From: an uncultured Nitrospiraceae bacterium
GTDB lineage: Bacteria > Nitrospirota > Nitrospiria > Nitrospirales > Nitrospiraceae
Direction of reading: 5' to 3'
NCBI GenBank assembly: GCA_963706325.1
Contig: CAVPLT010000007.1
Span: 576,001 to 640,000, forward strand
Length of the DNA stretch: 64,000 nt
The first letter of the stretch is position 1. Every line of letters starts with the position of its first letter. The notes beneath the pieces are model-generated. The model was not told the origin of the DNA. It saw nothing but the letters and a program-made list of their open reading frames with translations, and did not search any database. A program made the position numbers and the translations under genes. Below are positions 9,939 through 19,883 of the stretch, piece by piece.

Positions 9939-10856
9939 ATGGGTAAGTTACTCGTGGTGGGGTCGGTCGCGTTGGACACGGTCAAAACACCGTTCGGCGA
10001 GGTGTCCGAAGTCCTCGGAGGTTCAGCGACTTACTTCTCCACAGCAGCCAGCTATTTTACGAGCGTCGATCTGATCGCGGTCGTTGGAGAAGATTTTCCC
10101 GATCAACACGTCGCGTTTCTCAAAAGCCGAAAAATCGATCTGACTGGGCTCGAGCGTCGGCCGGGCGCCACCTTTCGTTGGAAGGGAGCCTATTCGCATC
10201 AATTGAACGAAGCGCAGACGCTCGACACGCGCCTGAACGTGTTCGAAACCTTTCGTCCGAAGATCCCAGCCCAGTACGCTTCGCCGGACGTGCTCTTTTT
10301 GGGAAACATCGACCCTGAATTACAGCTCGATGTATTGCAGCAAGTGAAGCGCCCGCCGTTAGTCGCCTGCGACACAATGAACTTCTGGATCAATGGCAAG
10401 CGAGACGCGCTCTGGAACGTCCTGAAACATATCGACATCCTCATCATCAACGACGGCGAAGCGCGTGCGCTGGGTGAGGATACGAATCTCGTCAAGGTGG
10501 CAAAGAAAATTCTCTCCCGAGGGCCCAAGCATTTGATCGTGAAGCGCGGCGAGTATGGTGTGCTCATGTTTAGTGACCAGCATATCTTCGGCGCGCCGGC
10601 CTTCCCCCTGGATGATGTTCGAGATCCGACCGGCGCGGGTGATACGTTCGCCGGTGGATTTCTAGGATATTTGGCGGCGACGGGAAACCGGTCGGCGGAC
10701 GCGATGCGGCAAGCTATCATCTTCGGAAGCGTTATGGCGTCATTTACCGTAGAAGCCTTTAGCCTTGACCGATTGAGAATCCTAGATTACAAAGAGATTG
10801 AGGTACGATTCAAAGAATTCAAGCGGCTCACCCATTTCGAGGACATCGGAGCATAA
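9939..10856 (+). CDS. PfkB family carbohydrate/nucleoside kinase
   Basis: GGSATY near the N-terminus and the DPTGAGDTFAGG PfkB signature. Confidence 0.9.
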   Translation: MGKLLVVGSVALDTVKTPFGEVSEVLGGSATYFSTAASYFTSVDLIAVVGEDFPDQHVAFLKSRKIDLTGLERRPGATFRWKGAYSHQLNEAQTLDTRLNVFETFRPKIPAQYASPDVLFLGNIDPELQLDVLQQVKRPPLVACDTMNFWINGKRDALWNVLKHIDILIINDGEARALGEDTNLVKVAKKILSRGPKHLIVKRGEYGVLMFSDQHIFGAPAFPLDDVRDPTGAGDTFAGGFLGYLAATGNRSADAMRQAIIFGSVMASFTVEAFSLDRLRILDYKEIEVRFKEFKRLTHFEDIGA

Positions 10857-11551
10857 TGGTCAATCGCCCGGTTCAGGAACGATCGGTACAACGAGTGCAG
10901 ATGAGGAGTGCCTGCCGGCTCATGCTGTTGCTAGGACTCTGCATACTTTCCGGTTGCGCGAACGAAGAGAGTTTGCGCAAGTCGAAAGGGTTTTACCAGG
11001 AGGGGATTGCCCAACTGAACTCGGATCAACAGCAAGCCTATGTGTCCTTTCAGAAAGCCGTCAAGCTGAATCCCGATAATAAGGAGGCGCATTACGGACT
11101 AGGGCATATCTATTCCCTGCAGGGACGGTACAAGTTGGCCGAGGACGCCTTTCGCGAAGCCATTCGCATTGACCCCGACTACGCCGAGGCGCAGACCTAT
11201 CTCGGGCATATGTTGGTGAATCAGGATCGTTGGAAAGAGGCCATCACCGCCTACCGGCAGGCTCTCGGTAACCCATTGTATTCGACGCCCGATCTGGCAC
11301 GATTTCACTTGGGTAAAGCTCTCATGCATGAGGGTGATCTGCAGGGAGCGATGGAAGCGTTGGAAGATGCGACGACCGTCACGCCTCCGAACGTGCCTCC
11401 CGCGATGCTGCAGCTGGAACTGGCGCGTGTGTATCACAAGCTCGGGTTCGATGTCCGGGCCCGCGAGGCCCTCGCGAAAATTGCGACCCTGGATAAGAGC
11501 GGAGAACAGGCATCCGCGGCGCAAGAATTGCTCGGCAAGCTTAAACCATAG
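10856..11551 (+). CDS. TPR lipoprotein, PilF/PilW-like
   Basis: Lipobox ILSGC, tandem TPRs, ALGNPLYSTP motif; sits upstream of rodZ as pilF/pilW often does. Confidence 0.75.
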   Translation: MVNRPVQERSVQRVQMRSACRLMLLLGLCILSGCANEESLRKSKGFYQEGIAQLNSDQQQAYVSFQKAVKLNPDNKEAHYGLGHIYSLQGRYKLAEDAFREAIRIDPDYAEAQTYLGHMLVNQDRWKEAITAYRQALGNPLYSTPDLARFHLGKALMHEGDLQGAMEALEDATTVTPPNVPPAMLQLELARVYHKLGFDVRAREALAKIATLDKSGEQASAAQELLGKLKP

Positions 11552-11560
11552 GCGGATACG

Positions 11561-12505
11561 ATGGAATCAGTCGGTGAATTTTTTCGGCAGGTGCGTGAGA
11601 CGAAGGGACTGACCGTCGATGAGGTGGCGTCGAAGACCCGCATCCGCACGGACTTCGTCAAGGCGCTTGAAGAGGGAAATTTCGCCAAACTCCCGGACCA
11701 AGTCTTCGCTCGTGGGTTTGTCCGGTCCTACGCCCGTTCTTTGGGGCTGGATGAGGAAGATGCCATTCATCGATTCGTCCAGTCCGCCGGAGCGTTTTAT
11801 GAAAAGCAAGGCGAACGGGAACGATTGAGGCAGCGACAAGTCGAGGAAGACAGACGTCGGAAAGCTAATCGCAAAGCGGTGGGTATTGCCATCGCTGTGG
11901 CCATTGCGACGCTCATTTTCCTGCTGAGCCGCGAGCAGTCTTCAACGCTGGTGCGACGATCCGGCTCAGACGCTCCGACGCCCAGTAAAAAAAGCGCGCC
12001 GTTCGGCAAGGATGCGCGCGAGTCCTCGCCGCGTCAGGGATTGGAGCTTCCCCCTCCCATTGCACCGGGGACTAAGCAAGTTGAAGCAACGCCTGCTCCT
12101 CCTAAGCCCACCCAGGAGAAATTGCAAACGCAGGTATCTCCGCCTTCCGCTGTAGTCGCCAACGCGCCGGTGCAATCTGAAGTTGCTCCCTCTCAGCTTC
12201 CGCCCTCGATGGGATCCGATGGTCCTCTGGCAGGTCTATCGGTGAATGGTCCTATGGGGTCTGACGGTCCGCTGGTACTCGACCTTGATGCGACTGAGTT
12301 GAGCTGGGTCGTGGTTCAAGTCGATGCAGGCAGTCCACAAGAAGCATTGTTGCGTCCGGGTGAAAAAGCGCAATGGAAGGCGCAGGACCAATTTACGGTT
12401 ACCCTCGGCAATGCAGGGGGAGTTCGAGCCGAATTGAATGGCAAACCGCAAAAGCCCTTTGGCCCGAGTGGAAAAGTCGTGCGAGACGTCGTGATCAAGC
12501 GCTGA
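11561..12505 (+). CDS. rodZ: Cell-shape protein RodZ (HTH_25, TM, DUF4115)
   Basis: N-terminal HTH (RGFVRSYARSLGLD), single TM helix, C-terminal LGNAGGV..ELNG domain. Confidence 0.88.
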   Translation: MESVGEFFRQVRETKGLTVDEVASKTRIRTDFVKALEEGNFAKLPDQVFARGFVRSYARSLGLDEEDAIHRFVQSAGAFYEKQGERERLRQRQVEEDRRRKANRKAVGIAIAVAIATLIFLLSREQSSTLVRRSGSDAPTPSKKSAPFGKDARESSPRQGLELPPPIAPGTKQVEATPAPPKPTQEKLQTQVSPPSAVVANAPVQSEVAPSQLPPSMGSDGPLAGLSVNGPMGSDGPLVLDLDATELSWVVVQVDAGSPQEALLRPGEKAQWKAQDQFTVTLGNAGGVRAELNGKPQKPFGPSGKVVRDVVIKR

Positions 12506-12772
12506 CGTGTTCGGCCCATGGTGTCTTTCTTCATGCTCCTGCCAGTTTTCTCCAACCTTTCCTCGACGGTACTTTCGCTTAACTGAGGCGGGCGTGGTAC
12601 TCTGGGGCGCAAAGGTGTCACGTCATAGCTCCCTTACGTAATTGCCAATCACGATCCGGTCCTGAAACAAACCGAAATTCCGGCAGTTCTTCATTCTAGT
12701 TTGCCTGGCACGCCCCTTGAGTATTACGGTGTCAGCAGAGTTAGAGAGCGCGTCGAACGCCAGCCCGTTCCC

Positions 12773-12802
12773 TTGACAAGACAGAAAATGCGTTGCTATA
12801 GT
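12773..12802 (+). promoter_or_regulatory. Sigma70-type promoter of the cytochrome c gene
   Basis: TTGACA (12773-78), 18-nt spacer, TATAGT (12797-802) with an extended -10 TG. Confidence 0.65.
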
Positions 12803-12901
12803 TCGTCTGTTTTGTCGGCCTTGTAATCGGTTTATTGCCCTGCGAGTGCGTATATAAGAGCGTCATGTTTCACGCGGTGGGTTCAACACAAAGGAGGAGT
12901 A

Positions 12902-13357
12902 GTGATGGGGTATCTTTCTAAGTTTTTCGGAGTGTGTGCGGCCGTCGCCATGTTGTCTGTGACGGTGGTGGGTGCAGAGGAAAAGGATCCATTAAAGCCC
13001 CGTGTTGCGCCGGATCAGATGGCGGACGCGAAGGCCATGAAGAACCCGGTTGCTTCGTCCCCGGAAAGCATTGCCAAGGGCAAGGCACTGTATGAGGGGA
13101 AGGGCACCTGCTTCAATTGCCACGGTAAGGAAGGTAAGGGCGATGGTCCTGCCGGTGCGATCCTGAATCCGAGCCCACGAAACTTTACCAACTGCAAATT
13201 CCACAAGAAGCGGAAAGACGGCGAGCTTTTCTGGGTGATCAAGAACGGCAGCGCGGGCACGGGTATGGTGTCCTTGGTTCCAGCGGCGATCACAGAAGAG
13301 GAAGCTTGGACCATCATCAATTACGAGCGGAGCTTCTGCAAGGGCGGAGAAGAGTAG
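12902..13357 (+). CDS. Periplasmic monoheme class I cytochrome c
   Basis: Signal peptide, CFNCH heme motif, likely distal Met in GTGM; strong RBS AAGGAGGAG. Confidence 0.92.
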   Translation: MMGYLSKFFGVCAAVAMLSVTVVGAEEKDPLKPRVAPDQMADAKAMKNPVASSPESIAKGKALYEGKGTCFNCHGKEGKGDGPAGAILNPSPRNFTNCKFHKKRKDGELFWVIKNGSAGTGMVSLVPAAITEEEAWTIINYERSFCKGGEE

Positions 13358-13390
13358 TCGTTTCTTTTAGCGATCTGGCTGAACGGGTAG

Positions 13391-13420
13391 GGGCGGCGAG
13401 GGTATCCTCGCCGCCCTTTT
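13391..13420 (+). terminator. Rho-independent terminator
   Basis: GGGCGGCGAGG-gtat-CCTCGCCGCCC followed by TTTT. Confidence 0.8.
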
Positions 13421-13544
13421 CATGTGTACGGTGTGCTGCAACAAGATCGATTCGACCAGGCTAAAGAGCCGAGAGCAGATATCGCCTGTCATAGGCATTG
13501 TTCCTGCGGAACACGCCTCATAGGCGGCGTAAGACCGTCTCAAG

Positions 13545-15419
13545 TCATGGGTGTTGGGCTGCGGAGATAGCAGGTGGTCTGGTGAGAATCAATTCCAGCC
13601 TCTTATCCGTGCTGCGCGGTACCGGTAAGACTTGTGGTTGCTGTTCTTGTTTGAAATCGCTTCTGGCCACCACTGGTACCTTGCGATTGACATAGGCCGT
13701 CATCTCCCCGATTGTCACTTCACCGTTCCGGTCAAGGTCTGCCTCCCCCCGGAGCGCACGGAGAAAATAGTACGTAAACAGTCCATGCCGCAACCTGTCC
13801 GATTCCAAGCTCTTGCCGAATCCCGTCGTGGCAATGAAGTGAAGGACGGACTCATTCGTAGCCGCCCATTTGGGTAACGAAACTTTCCCCCGTCCGGCTA
13901 CTCCGTTTTTGAGCACCGTGCCATCAAAGACGAACAAGACCTGTTTGGCCTTGAGTCTTCCCAGGGCAGTCTCCAAGTCTTTGAGCGGATAGAGGCGCAT
14001 GGTGGCGTCTGTGGCACCGTCATACGGAATTAAATAGGTGTCTCCGGCCGATGACACGACCGCCTGTCCGGCAAAGTAGACCGTGACTACTGACTCCGTT
14101 GTGATTTTTGACGGCAGCCAATCGAGCAGGGCTTCTTCAATGTCGGGACGTAGCGCGCTCCAGTCTTGCAAAAGCCGCACGTTGTTTTTCGGCAACCCAC
14201 CTAACGATTGAAAATAGGTGGCGACCATTTCCGCGTCAAGCGCCGCATATTTTCGCGCGGCGATCTGCGGGTCCCGATAGCTGCTTAGCCCGATGGAGAG
14301 CAGATAGTCGCTTGATCGTTGGAACCCTGCGGTCATTGCGGGGATCTGATCGACGTCATCGCTCTTTACACCAGCGGAGAGTACGGAGGCGAGCAACGTT
14401 TGCGGGGCTGGGACGTCGAGGCCGGTTCCACTGATGAGCGCCACTTGAAATTCTGCTTGCTGCGGATAAAGTGACGACGGCAGCGTGGCGATAAACTCCA
14501 GTGATTTCGAGCCGCCTGCTTCAATGGTGCCGGCAGACAATTTCGTGGCTGGGAATTGGGTGATAAGAGTTGGAGGACCAGCCAGTTGCACGGCAACGTC
14601 GGGCACAGCCTGAGGTCCGGTGTTGACGACGTCCACGCGCACGCGGATGCGTTCGCCCCCCTCGAGAATCAAATTGCTATTTTCATCTAGGAGGGTGGCC
14701 TTAAAGGATAAAGAGGGCATCGCGGCGGTCGAACTTGCAGAGACCGAACCGTTGGGTTTTGGGGCCATTGCCGCGGGCGTGACCTCCGCCGGGGCAGTCG
14801 CTGCCCCGGTCGCAGCTTGGTTGGTAGGATCGAGGAGAAGGCGGGCCTCGTGCATGAATTGAGTGGCCAACATGGTAGAGGTATCCTGGAGAATGGGATC
14901 CACGACGTAGTTACAACGTTGCTGGGTCAGTTCGAGTTGCAACCGTTCTTTTCGCGTCGCCTGCAGCGGTCGTTCAGCCAGCAGCTTGCCGGTCACATCA
15001 TAAAATTCAGCGATGACATCTAAACTCAGTTCGGCGGGCATACGATCGTACAGCCCATCGGCTTGAATCTTCAGCCGAGGGTCCAGCATGCGGACACGCA
15101 CCGTCACGTCTGGTTTTCCTGCGGTGGTATTGCCGCCAGCAATGAGTACGGTACGAAAGGTTTGATGGGCGGCTTGCACCAGCAGATCTTCAACCGTCGG
15201 GCCGATAGAGAACATCTGAATACGACTGCAACCGTCGGTGTATTGGGTCTTGGCCTCAGACAACGACGGGTCCACGTCCATTCGGACGGTGAGCGCAATC
15301 GGTGCTCCGAGGTCCGGTAGTGTCTGTCTGGCAAAGCGTGACTTGATGGTTTCACAGGCGGTGAATGCCAGTGTCTGTGCCACAAGCAGTCCAAGGATCA
15401 ATAGACGGGCATTCGTCAA
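13545..15419 (-). CDS. Lipoprotein with CARDB/Ig-like domain and C-terminal caspase-like (peptidase C14) domain lacking the catalytic dyad
   Basis: TTG start at 15419 with AGGAG RBS; lipobox-like FTAC; caspase-fold segments LSIGLSSY, YFAGQA, YLIPYD, HGLFTYYFLRALRGEADLDRNGEVT, QQPQ. Confidence 0.75.
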   Translation of the reverse strand: MTNARLLILGLLVAQTLAFTACETIKSRFARQTLPDLGAPIALTVRMDVDPSLSEAKTQYTDGCSRIQMFSIGPTVEDLLVQAAHQTFRTVLIAGGNTTAGKPDVTVRVRMLDPRLKIQADGLYDRMPAELSLDVIAEFYDVTGKLLAERPLQATRKERLQLELTQQRCNYVVDPILQDTSTMLATQFMHEARLLLDPTNQAATGAATAPAEVTPAAMAPKPNGSVSASSTAAMPSLSFKATLLDENSNLILEGGERIRVRVDVVNTGPQAVPDVAVQLAGPPTLITQFPATKLSAGTIEAGGSKSLEFIATLPSSLYPQQAEFQVALISGTGLDVPAPQTLLASVLSAGVKSDDVDQIPAMTAGFQRSSDYLLSIGLSSYRDPQIAARKYAALDAEMVATYFQSLGGLPKNNVRLLQDWSALRPDIEEALLDWLPSKITTESVVTVYFAGQAVVSSAGDTYLIPYDGATDATMRLYPLKDLETALGRLKAKQVLFVFDGTVLKNGVAGRGKVSLPKWAATNESVLHFIATTGFGKSLESDRLRHGLFTYYFLRALRGEADLDRNGEVTIGEMTAYVNRKVPVVARSDFKQEQQPQVLPVPRSTDKRLELILTRPPAISAAQHP

Positions 15420-15592
15420 GCAGAGGTCTCCTTTCCTGGCGAGTTCGAAGGGGGAACGGTACAGGAAAAGGAGAGGGCATTGCAACCAAACGCCTCTGCG
15501 CTTGCGACCCTCGGGAGGCTCGTTTATCCTACCCCGCATATGCCGAGGAATGAACCCATCAATAAACCAATAGCGGGGAGAGTCGCCCCATC

Positions 15593-17326
15593 GTGTTAGT
15601 GCTGGGACTCTCCAACATGCGGGATGCGGCGGCCGCGCTCGTTTCCGATGGTCGCATTGTAGCGGCGGCGGAAGAAGAACGATTCGTTCGGCAAAAGCAT
15701 GTGACCGCGCTGCCGGTCCACGCGATTCGGTATTGCCTGCGCGAAGCTGGTGTGAGTCTTCGCGAGGTCGACGCGCTTGCGGTGCCGTGGAAGTACTGGC
15801 TGGTCGGGCGGCGCGCCCGGCTTGCCGTCACGGCGATGCTGCGTTCCCCGCAACTATTTCGGGTGAAGGGGGCGCGATCGTTGGAGCGGGTCAGCCGGGA
15901 GTGGACGGAGTTGTTCCGCCTCAGCCGAGAGTTGACCCAACGGGTGGGGGCGGTCGGTCATCGGCCGGTGTTTCTCGACCACCATCTATGCCACGCGGCC
16001 AGTTCGTTTTTGGTGTCACCCTTCGAACGGTCGGCCATCCTTGTCGTGGACGGTGCCTCAGAAGCGGACACCACCCTGATGGCGATGGGCGAAGGCTCAG
16101 AGATCACCGTACTGAACCGCACCCCGCTCCCGCACTCACTTGGCCAGTTCTATGCGGCCATGACGGCTTTCCTTGGATTTCGCCCCGATCACGATGAATA
16201 TATTGTGATGGGCTTAGCGGCTTCAGGTGAGCCGACCTTTGCACAGGTCTTTCGTCGAGAAATTGTGCGCCTGTTGCCTCTCGGGCGGTTCGAGTTGAAT
16301 ACCCGCCTGCTGGATTTCCATCTCGCGCGCGCCGGGCTCTTTGTGAAGGAATTCATTCACCTGTTCGGCGCTCCGCGGCAGCCATCGGATGAACTGACCC
16401 AGCGACATCGTGACCTAGCGGCCAGCGCTCAACTGGTTCTGGAGGAAGTCTTGCTGCATCTCGGCCGGCACCTTCGAACCCTGACAGGGGCAGAGTCTCT
16501 CTGCCTGGCGGGGGGGGTGGCCTACAATTGTGTGGCGAATGGTCGCCTGCGTGCCGAACTCGGATTCAAACGGGTGTATGTGCCGCCGGCTGCGGGGGAC
16601 TCCGGTGCGGCACTCGGGGCGGCTGTGTGGTGGTCGGCTAGGCGAGGAGGCACAAACAACCGACCGCAAATGCCCTCCGCTTATTGGGGACCTCAATTCG
16701 AGGAGGACGCGTGTCGCGCGGCATTGGAGCGGGAGCGGTTGGCGGCCGAACCGCTATCGGATGAGCAGCTGTATGAGCGGGTCGCGACGGAACTGGCGCG
16801 GGGGCGTTTAGTGTTTTGGTTTCAAGGGCGAATGGAATGGGGGCCGCGCGCATTGGGAAACCGTAGCCTGCTAGCGGATCCGCGCCGGGAAGATATGCGA
16901 GAATTGATCAATAGCAAAGTGAAATGCCGCGAACCCTTTCGACCCTTTGCGCCATCGGTACTGGACGAGCGCGCCCAGGAGTTTTTCGATCTGCCGGCCG
17001 CTTCCCCCTTTATGCAGTTTACGGTGCGGGTCAAGGCGTCCGCGAAAGGGATCATCCCCGCCGTGACACATGTGGATGGGACGGCGCGCGTCCAGACGGT
17101 GGCGCGAGAGGCCAATCCCCGATTCTATGATCTTCTCGCGACATTCGGCCGACTCACCGGCGTGCCGGTGCTTCTCAACACCTCGTTCAATGTACAGGAA
17201 CCGATCGTCTGCAGCCCTGAGGATGCCGTCCGCTGCTTTTTGCGCACCCAAGTCGAGTGGTTGGTCCTTGGCAACCTGCTCGTGAAACAACCGTCCCCTA
17301 AGATTCTCCCCGTCCATGAGCGCTGA
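15593..17326 (+). CDS. Carbamoyltransferase, NodU/CmcH family
   Basis: EEERFVRQKH, HHLCHAAS, AGGVAYNC, PAAGDSG, GPRALGNRS, RPFAPS, LLNTSFN. Confidence 0.93.
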   Translation: MLVLGLSNMRDAAAALVSDGRIVAAAEEERFVRQKHVTALPVHAIRYCLREAGVSLREVDALAVPWKYWLVGRRARLAVTAMLRSPQLFRVKGARSLERVSREWTELFRLSRELTQRVGAVGHRPVFLDHHLCHAASSFLVSPFERSAILVVDGASEADTTLMAMGEGSEITVLNRTPLPHSLGQFYAAMTAFLGFRPDHDEYIVMGLAASGEPTFAQVFRREIVRLLPLGRFELNTRLLDFHLARAGLFVKEFIHLFGAPRQPSDELTQRHRDLAASAQLVLEEVLLHLGRHLRTLTGAESLCLAGGVAYNCVANGRLRAELGFKRVYVPPAAGDSGAALGAAVWWSARRGGTNNRPQMPSAYWGPQFEEDACRAALERERLAAEPLSDEQLYERVATELARGRLVFWFQGRMEWGPRALGNRSLLADPRREDMRELINSKVKCREPFRPFAPSVLDERAQEFFDLPAASPFMQFTVRVKASAKGIIPAVTHVDGTARVQTVAREANPRFYDLLATFGRLTGVPVLLNTSFNVQEPIVCSPEDAVRCFLRTQVEWLVLGNLLVKQPSPKILPVHER

Positions 17327-18860
17327 AGGCGTTTGGTCGTTAGTCCTTCGTGCTCGCAACCTGCTGCGCGTCATACTGAATCTGCTCCTGCTCGGTCTCG
17401 TGCTGAATCTGACGCTCCAACCGCTCGTGGAACCGGATTTGGGATGGCATCTTCGCGCGGGGCTCGACTTAGTAGCCCACGGATGGGTCCTGCCGGACAC
17501 CGATCCCTATTCCCATACGATGCCGGACTGGCGTTGGGTCGAGCATGCTTGGTTGACCGATGCGGTGATAGCACTGCTCTATCGTGGGTTGGAGCCTTTC
17601 GGTGCGTTGGGGCTGATTGTGTTGTTTGGGGTCGTGACGGCTCTGGCTTGGTGGCTAGCGACAGGACAAGCTGAAGTCTCGTGGACCTGTCGATTGGGCG
17701 CTATGGTGGCCAGCCTCTGGGTGGCGTTACCCTTTCTCGGCGCTCGCACCCAACTGATCAGTCTCCTTGGTGTGGCAGTGCTTTTGCGGGTATGGAGTCA
17801 GATTCAGCAAGGCCGTCGGCAGTGGATGTGGGTGCTTCCGCCGTTCTTCTTGCTCTGGGCTAACCTGCATGGAGGCTTTACGGCGGGGCTTTTTCTTTTG
17901 GGGCTCCTGCTCTGCGGCGCTCTCTTGCTGCGGATCAGCCTCGCACTTTCGCCCACACTTGTGGCGAGGATAGATGAGCCTGTCTTAAGTTGGGAAGATC
18001 TCGTTCGGTGCACCCTGGTGGTTGGAATCGCGGCGGCGGCTACCTGTCTCAATCCCTATGGATGGCGGCTGTATGTCGAGATTTATGAGTCCCTGACCGA
18101 CCGCTTCATGCTCGAGACGTTGCGAGAATGGCAACCAGTGTCCTTTCAAGGCTGGGCCGGCCGGGCCTATGGCTTTTATCTCGTAGGGCTCGCCTGTCTC
18201 GTCGTGGGATGGTATCGACGGGTGGAGCCGGTCCGCTGGGCCATGCTTGTGATTGTGTTGGCGCTGTCGTTTCTATATTGGCGCAATGTGACGTTATTTC
18301 TCATCGTGAGTGTATCGCTGCTGGCGGAGTTGCTCGCATTGGTGGTGGCATCATGCCTCCGATGGGCGCCTCTATTAAGAACCTACGCCAGGATAAGCCT
18401 GCTTGCCCTGATTATTCTCGCGGCGAGCGAACTTTTTCTCTGGGGGCCGGAACATGTGATGAATGTCTGGCAATCAGGTACAGCACCCGAGAAGTATTTC
18501 GAGCAGACTGATTATCCGATCGAGGCCGTGCGATGGATCCGCACTCATCGCGACGAAGTGGGTGCCAGGCTCTATCACGACTATGGCCACGGCGGCTTTC
18601 TTCTCTGGCACCTCCCCGACGTGAAAATTTTCATCGACGGCCGTATGCCGGCTTGGCGGATCAACGATCGCCGTATCTTTCAAGATTACATCGATTTGAA
18701 TCGCGCGGGTTCGCCCGACTTGTCCGTGCTGGATCGCTATGGAGTCGATTGGGCGTTGGTCCCACGCGGGAGCGTGCTGGCTCTGATCCTGGGGTCTCAT
18801 CCCGGCTGGAAAAGCATATATGGCGACGCCAAAGTGGTGATTGTGCGTCGATCGGTGTAG
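17316..18860 (+). CDS. Multi-pass membrane protein, probable GT-C fold glycosyltransferase
   Basis: About 10-11 hydrophobic segments; EPDLGWHLRAG in the first external loop; WANLHGGF, NPYG and FIDGR motifs; soluble C-terminal domain. Confidence 0.6.
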   Translation: MSAEGVWSLVLRARNLLRVILNLLLLGLVLNLTLQPLVEPDLGWHLRAGLDLVAHGWVLPDTDPYSHTMPDWRWVEHAWLTDAVIALLYRGLEPFGALGLIVLFGVVTALAWWLATGQAEVSWTCRLGAMVASLWVALPFLGARTQLISLLGVAVLLRVWSQIQQGRRQWMWVLPPFFLLWANLHGGFTAGLFLLGLLLCGALLLRISLALSPTLVARIDEPVLSWEDLVRCTLVVGIAAAATCLNPYGWRLYVEIYESLTDRFMLETLREWQPVSFQGWAGRAYGFYLVGLACLVVGWYRRVEPVRWAMLVIVLALSFLYWRNVTLFLIVSVSLLAELLALVVASCLRWAPLLRTYARISLLALIILAASELFLWGPEHVMNVWQSGTAPEKYFEQTDYPIEAVRWIRTHRDEVGARLYHDYGHGGFLLWHLPDVKIFIDGRMPAWRINDRRIFQDYIDLNRAGSPDLSVLDRYGVDWALVPRGSVLALILGSHPGWKSIYGDAKVVIVRRSV

Positions 18861-18878
18861 TCGAGGCGGTCGGGGCCG

Positions 18879-19691
18879 CTAGAAGTGGGAAGGTTCGGAG
18901 CGGAGCGCAGGCTCGACGCTGCTGAGCATTGGCCGAGCGCGGGGCATATATCGCCCTTGGGCATCGCGTTTACGGATGGCCATCAGCTCGCGAAGCATGA
19001 GGAATCCGTCGCGCCAGGGGCGGACTTTCGATCCTGGCTGATCGGCCCAATTCACAGGAACTTCAGCGATGCGAAAGCCGCGTTGGCGAGCAATATAGAG
19101 GAGCTCGAGATCGAACGCGTAGCCGTCGACGCAGGCGACAGAAAACAGATCCTGCGCGACAGACCGGCGGAATAACTTGAACCCGCACTGGGTGTCCGCG
19201 ATGTGTCGAAGGCCGAAACGCTGAACGACGGCGTTAAAGAGGCTTCCCATCATGCTTCGATGCCACCGCGCCTGGACCGTATAGTTGGGATCGTGAGAGG
19301 CCAGCGCCCGGGATCCGATGGCGAGGTCTGCTCCGGCAGCGAGTGCGGACTCTAAGTGCGAGAGTTCCTCGATCGGCGTCGCTCCATCCGCATCCGCAAA
19401 TAACTGCATGGCGCCTCGTGCTGCCTGCATCCCGCGACGGACCGCGGCTCCTTTGCCTCTGTTGCTCGTCGATTGAATGAGCCGCACCGCGGGAGATTGT
19501 TGCGCCAGGAGTTCGACGGTCTGTGCGGTGTGGTCCTGACTGCCATCGTCTACCACGAGGATTTCATATGATAGACGACGCTGGCCCAGGTACGTCACTG
19601 TGCGCTGCAAGAAAGGGGGGAGGCGACGAGCCTCATTGTAGGCTGGAACGACAATCGAAAGAGTGGGCGCCTGAGTCGAGCACGGTGTCAC
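18879..19691 (-). CDS. GT2 polyprenyl-phosphate glycosyltransferase (dolichyl-phosphate beta-glucosyltransferase-like)
   Basis: SIVVPAYNE, VDDGSQD, NRGKGAAV, FADADG, DTQCGFKLF, FDLELL. Start is approximate (ORF extends to 19757). Confidence 0.9.
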   Translation of the reverse strand: MTPCSTQAPTLSIVVPAYNEARRLPPFLQRTVTYLGQRRLSYEILVVDDGSQDHTAQTVELLAQQSPAVRLIQSTSNRGKGAAVRRGMQAARGAMQLFADADGATPIEELSHLESALAAGADLAIGSRALASHDPNYTVQARWHRSMMGSLFNAVVQRFGLRHIADTQCGFKLFRRSVAQDLFSVACVDGYAFDLELLYIARQRGFRIAEVPVNWADQPGSKVRPWRDGFLMLRELMAIRKRDAQGRYMPRARPMLSSVEPALRSEPSHF

Positions 19692-19883
19692 GTTGAGACA
19701 GCCTCGTGTCGGGTATGCTGCGACCGATCCGTCGTGCCGCTGACGAATGGTGCACAAAGGTATCCAAGCCGCGGTCCAATTGCAAGCGTAAGGTGTCGGG
19801 CCTTGACAGACCCGACATGTGGCGGCGATCGTAATGTGAGCCCTTCAATGTTCAGGCTCTGGCTTTCAATGGTGGGTTGTCAT

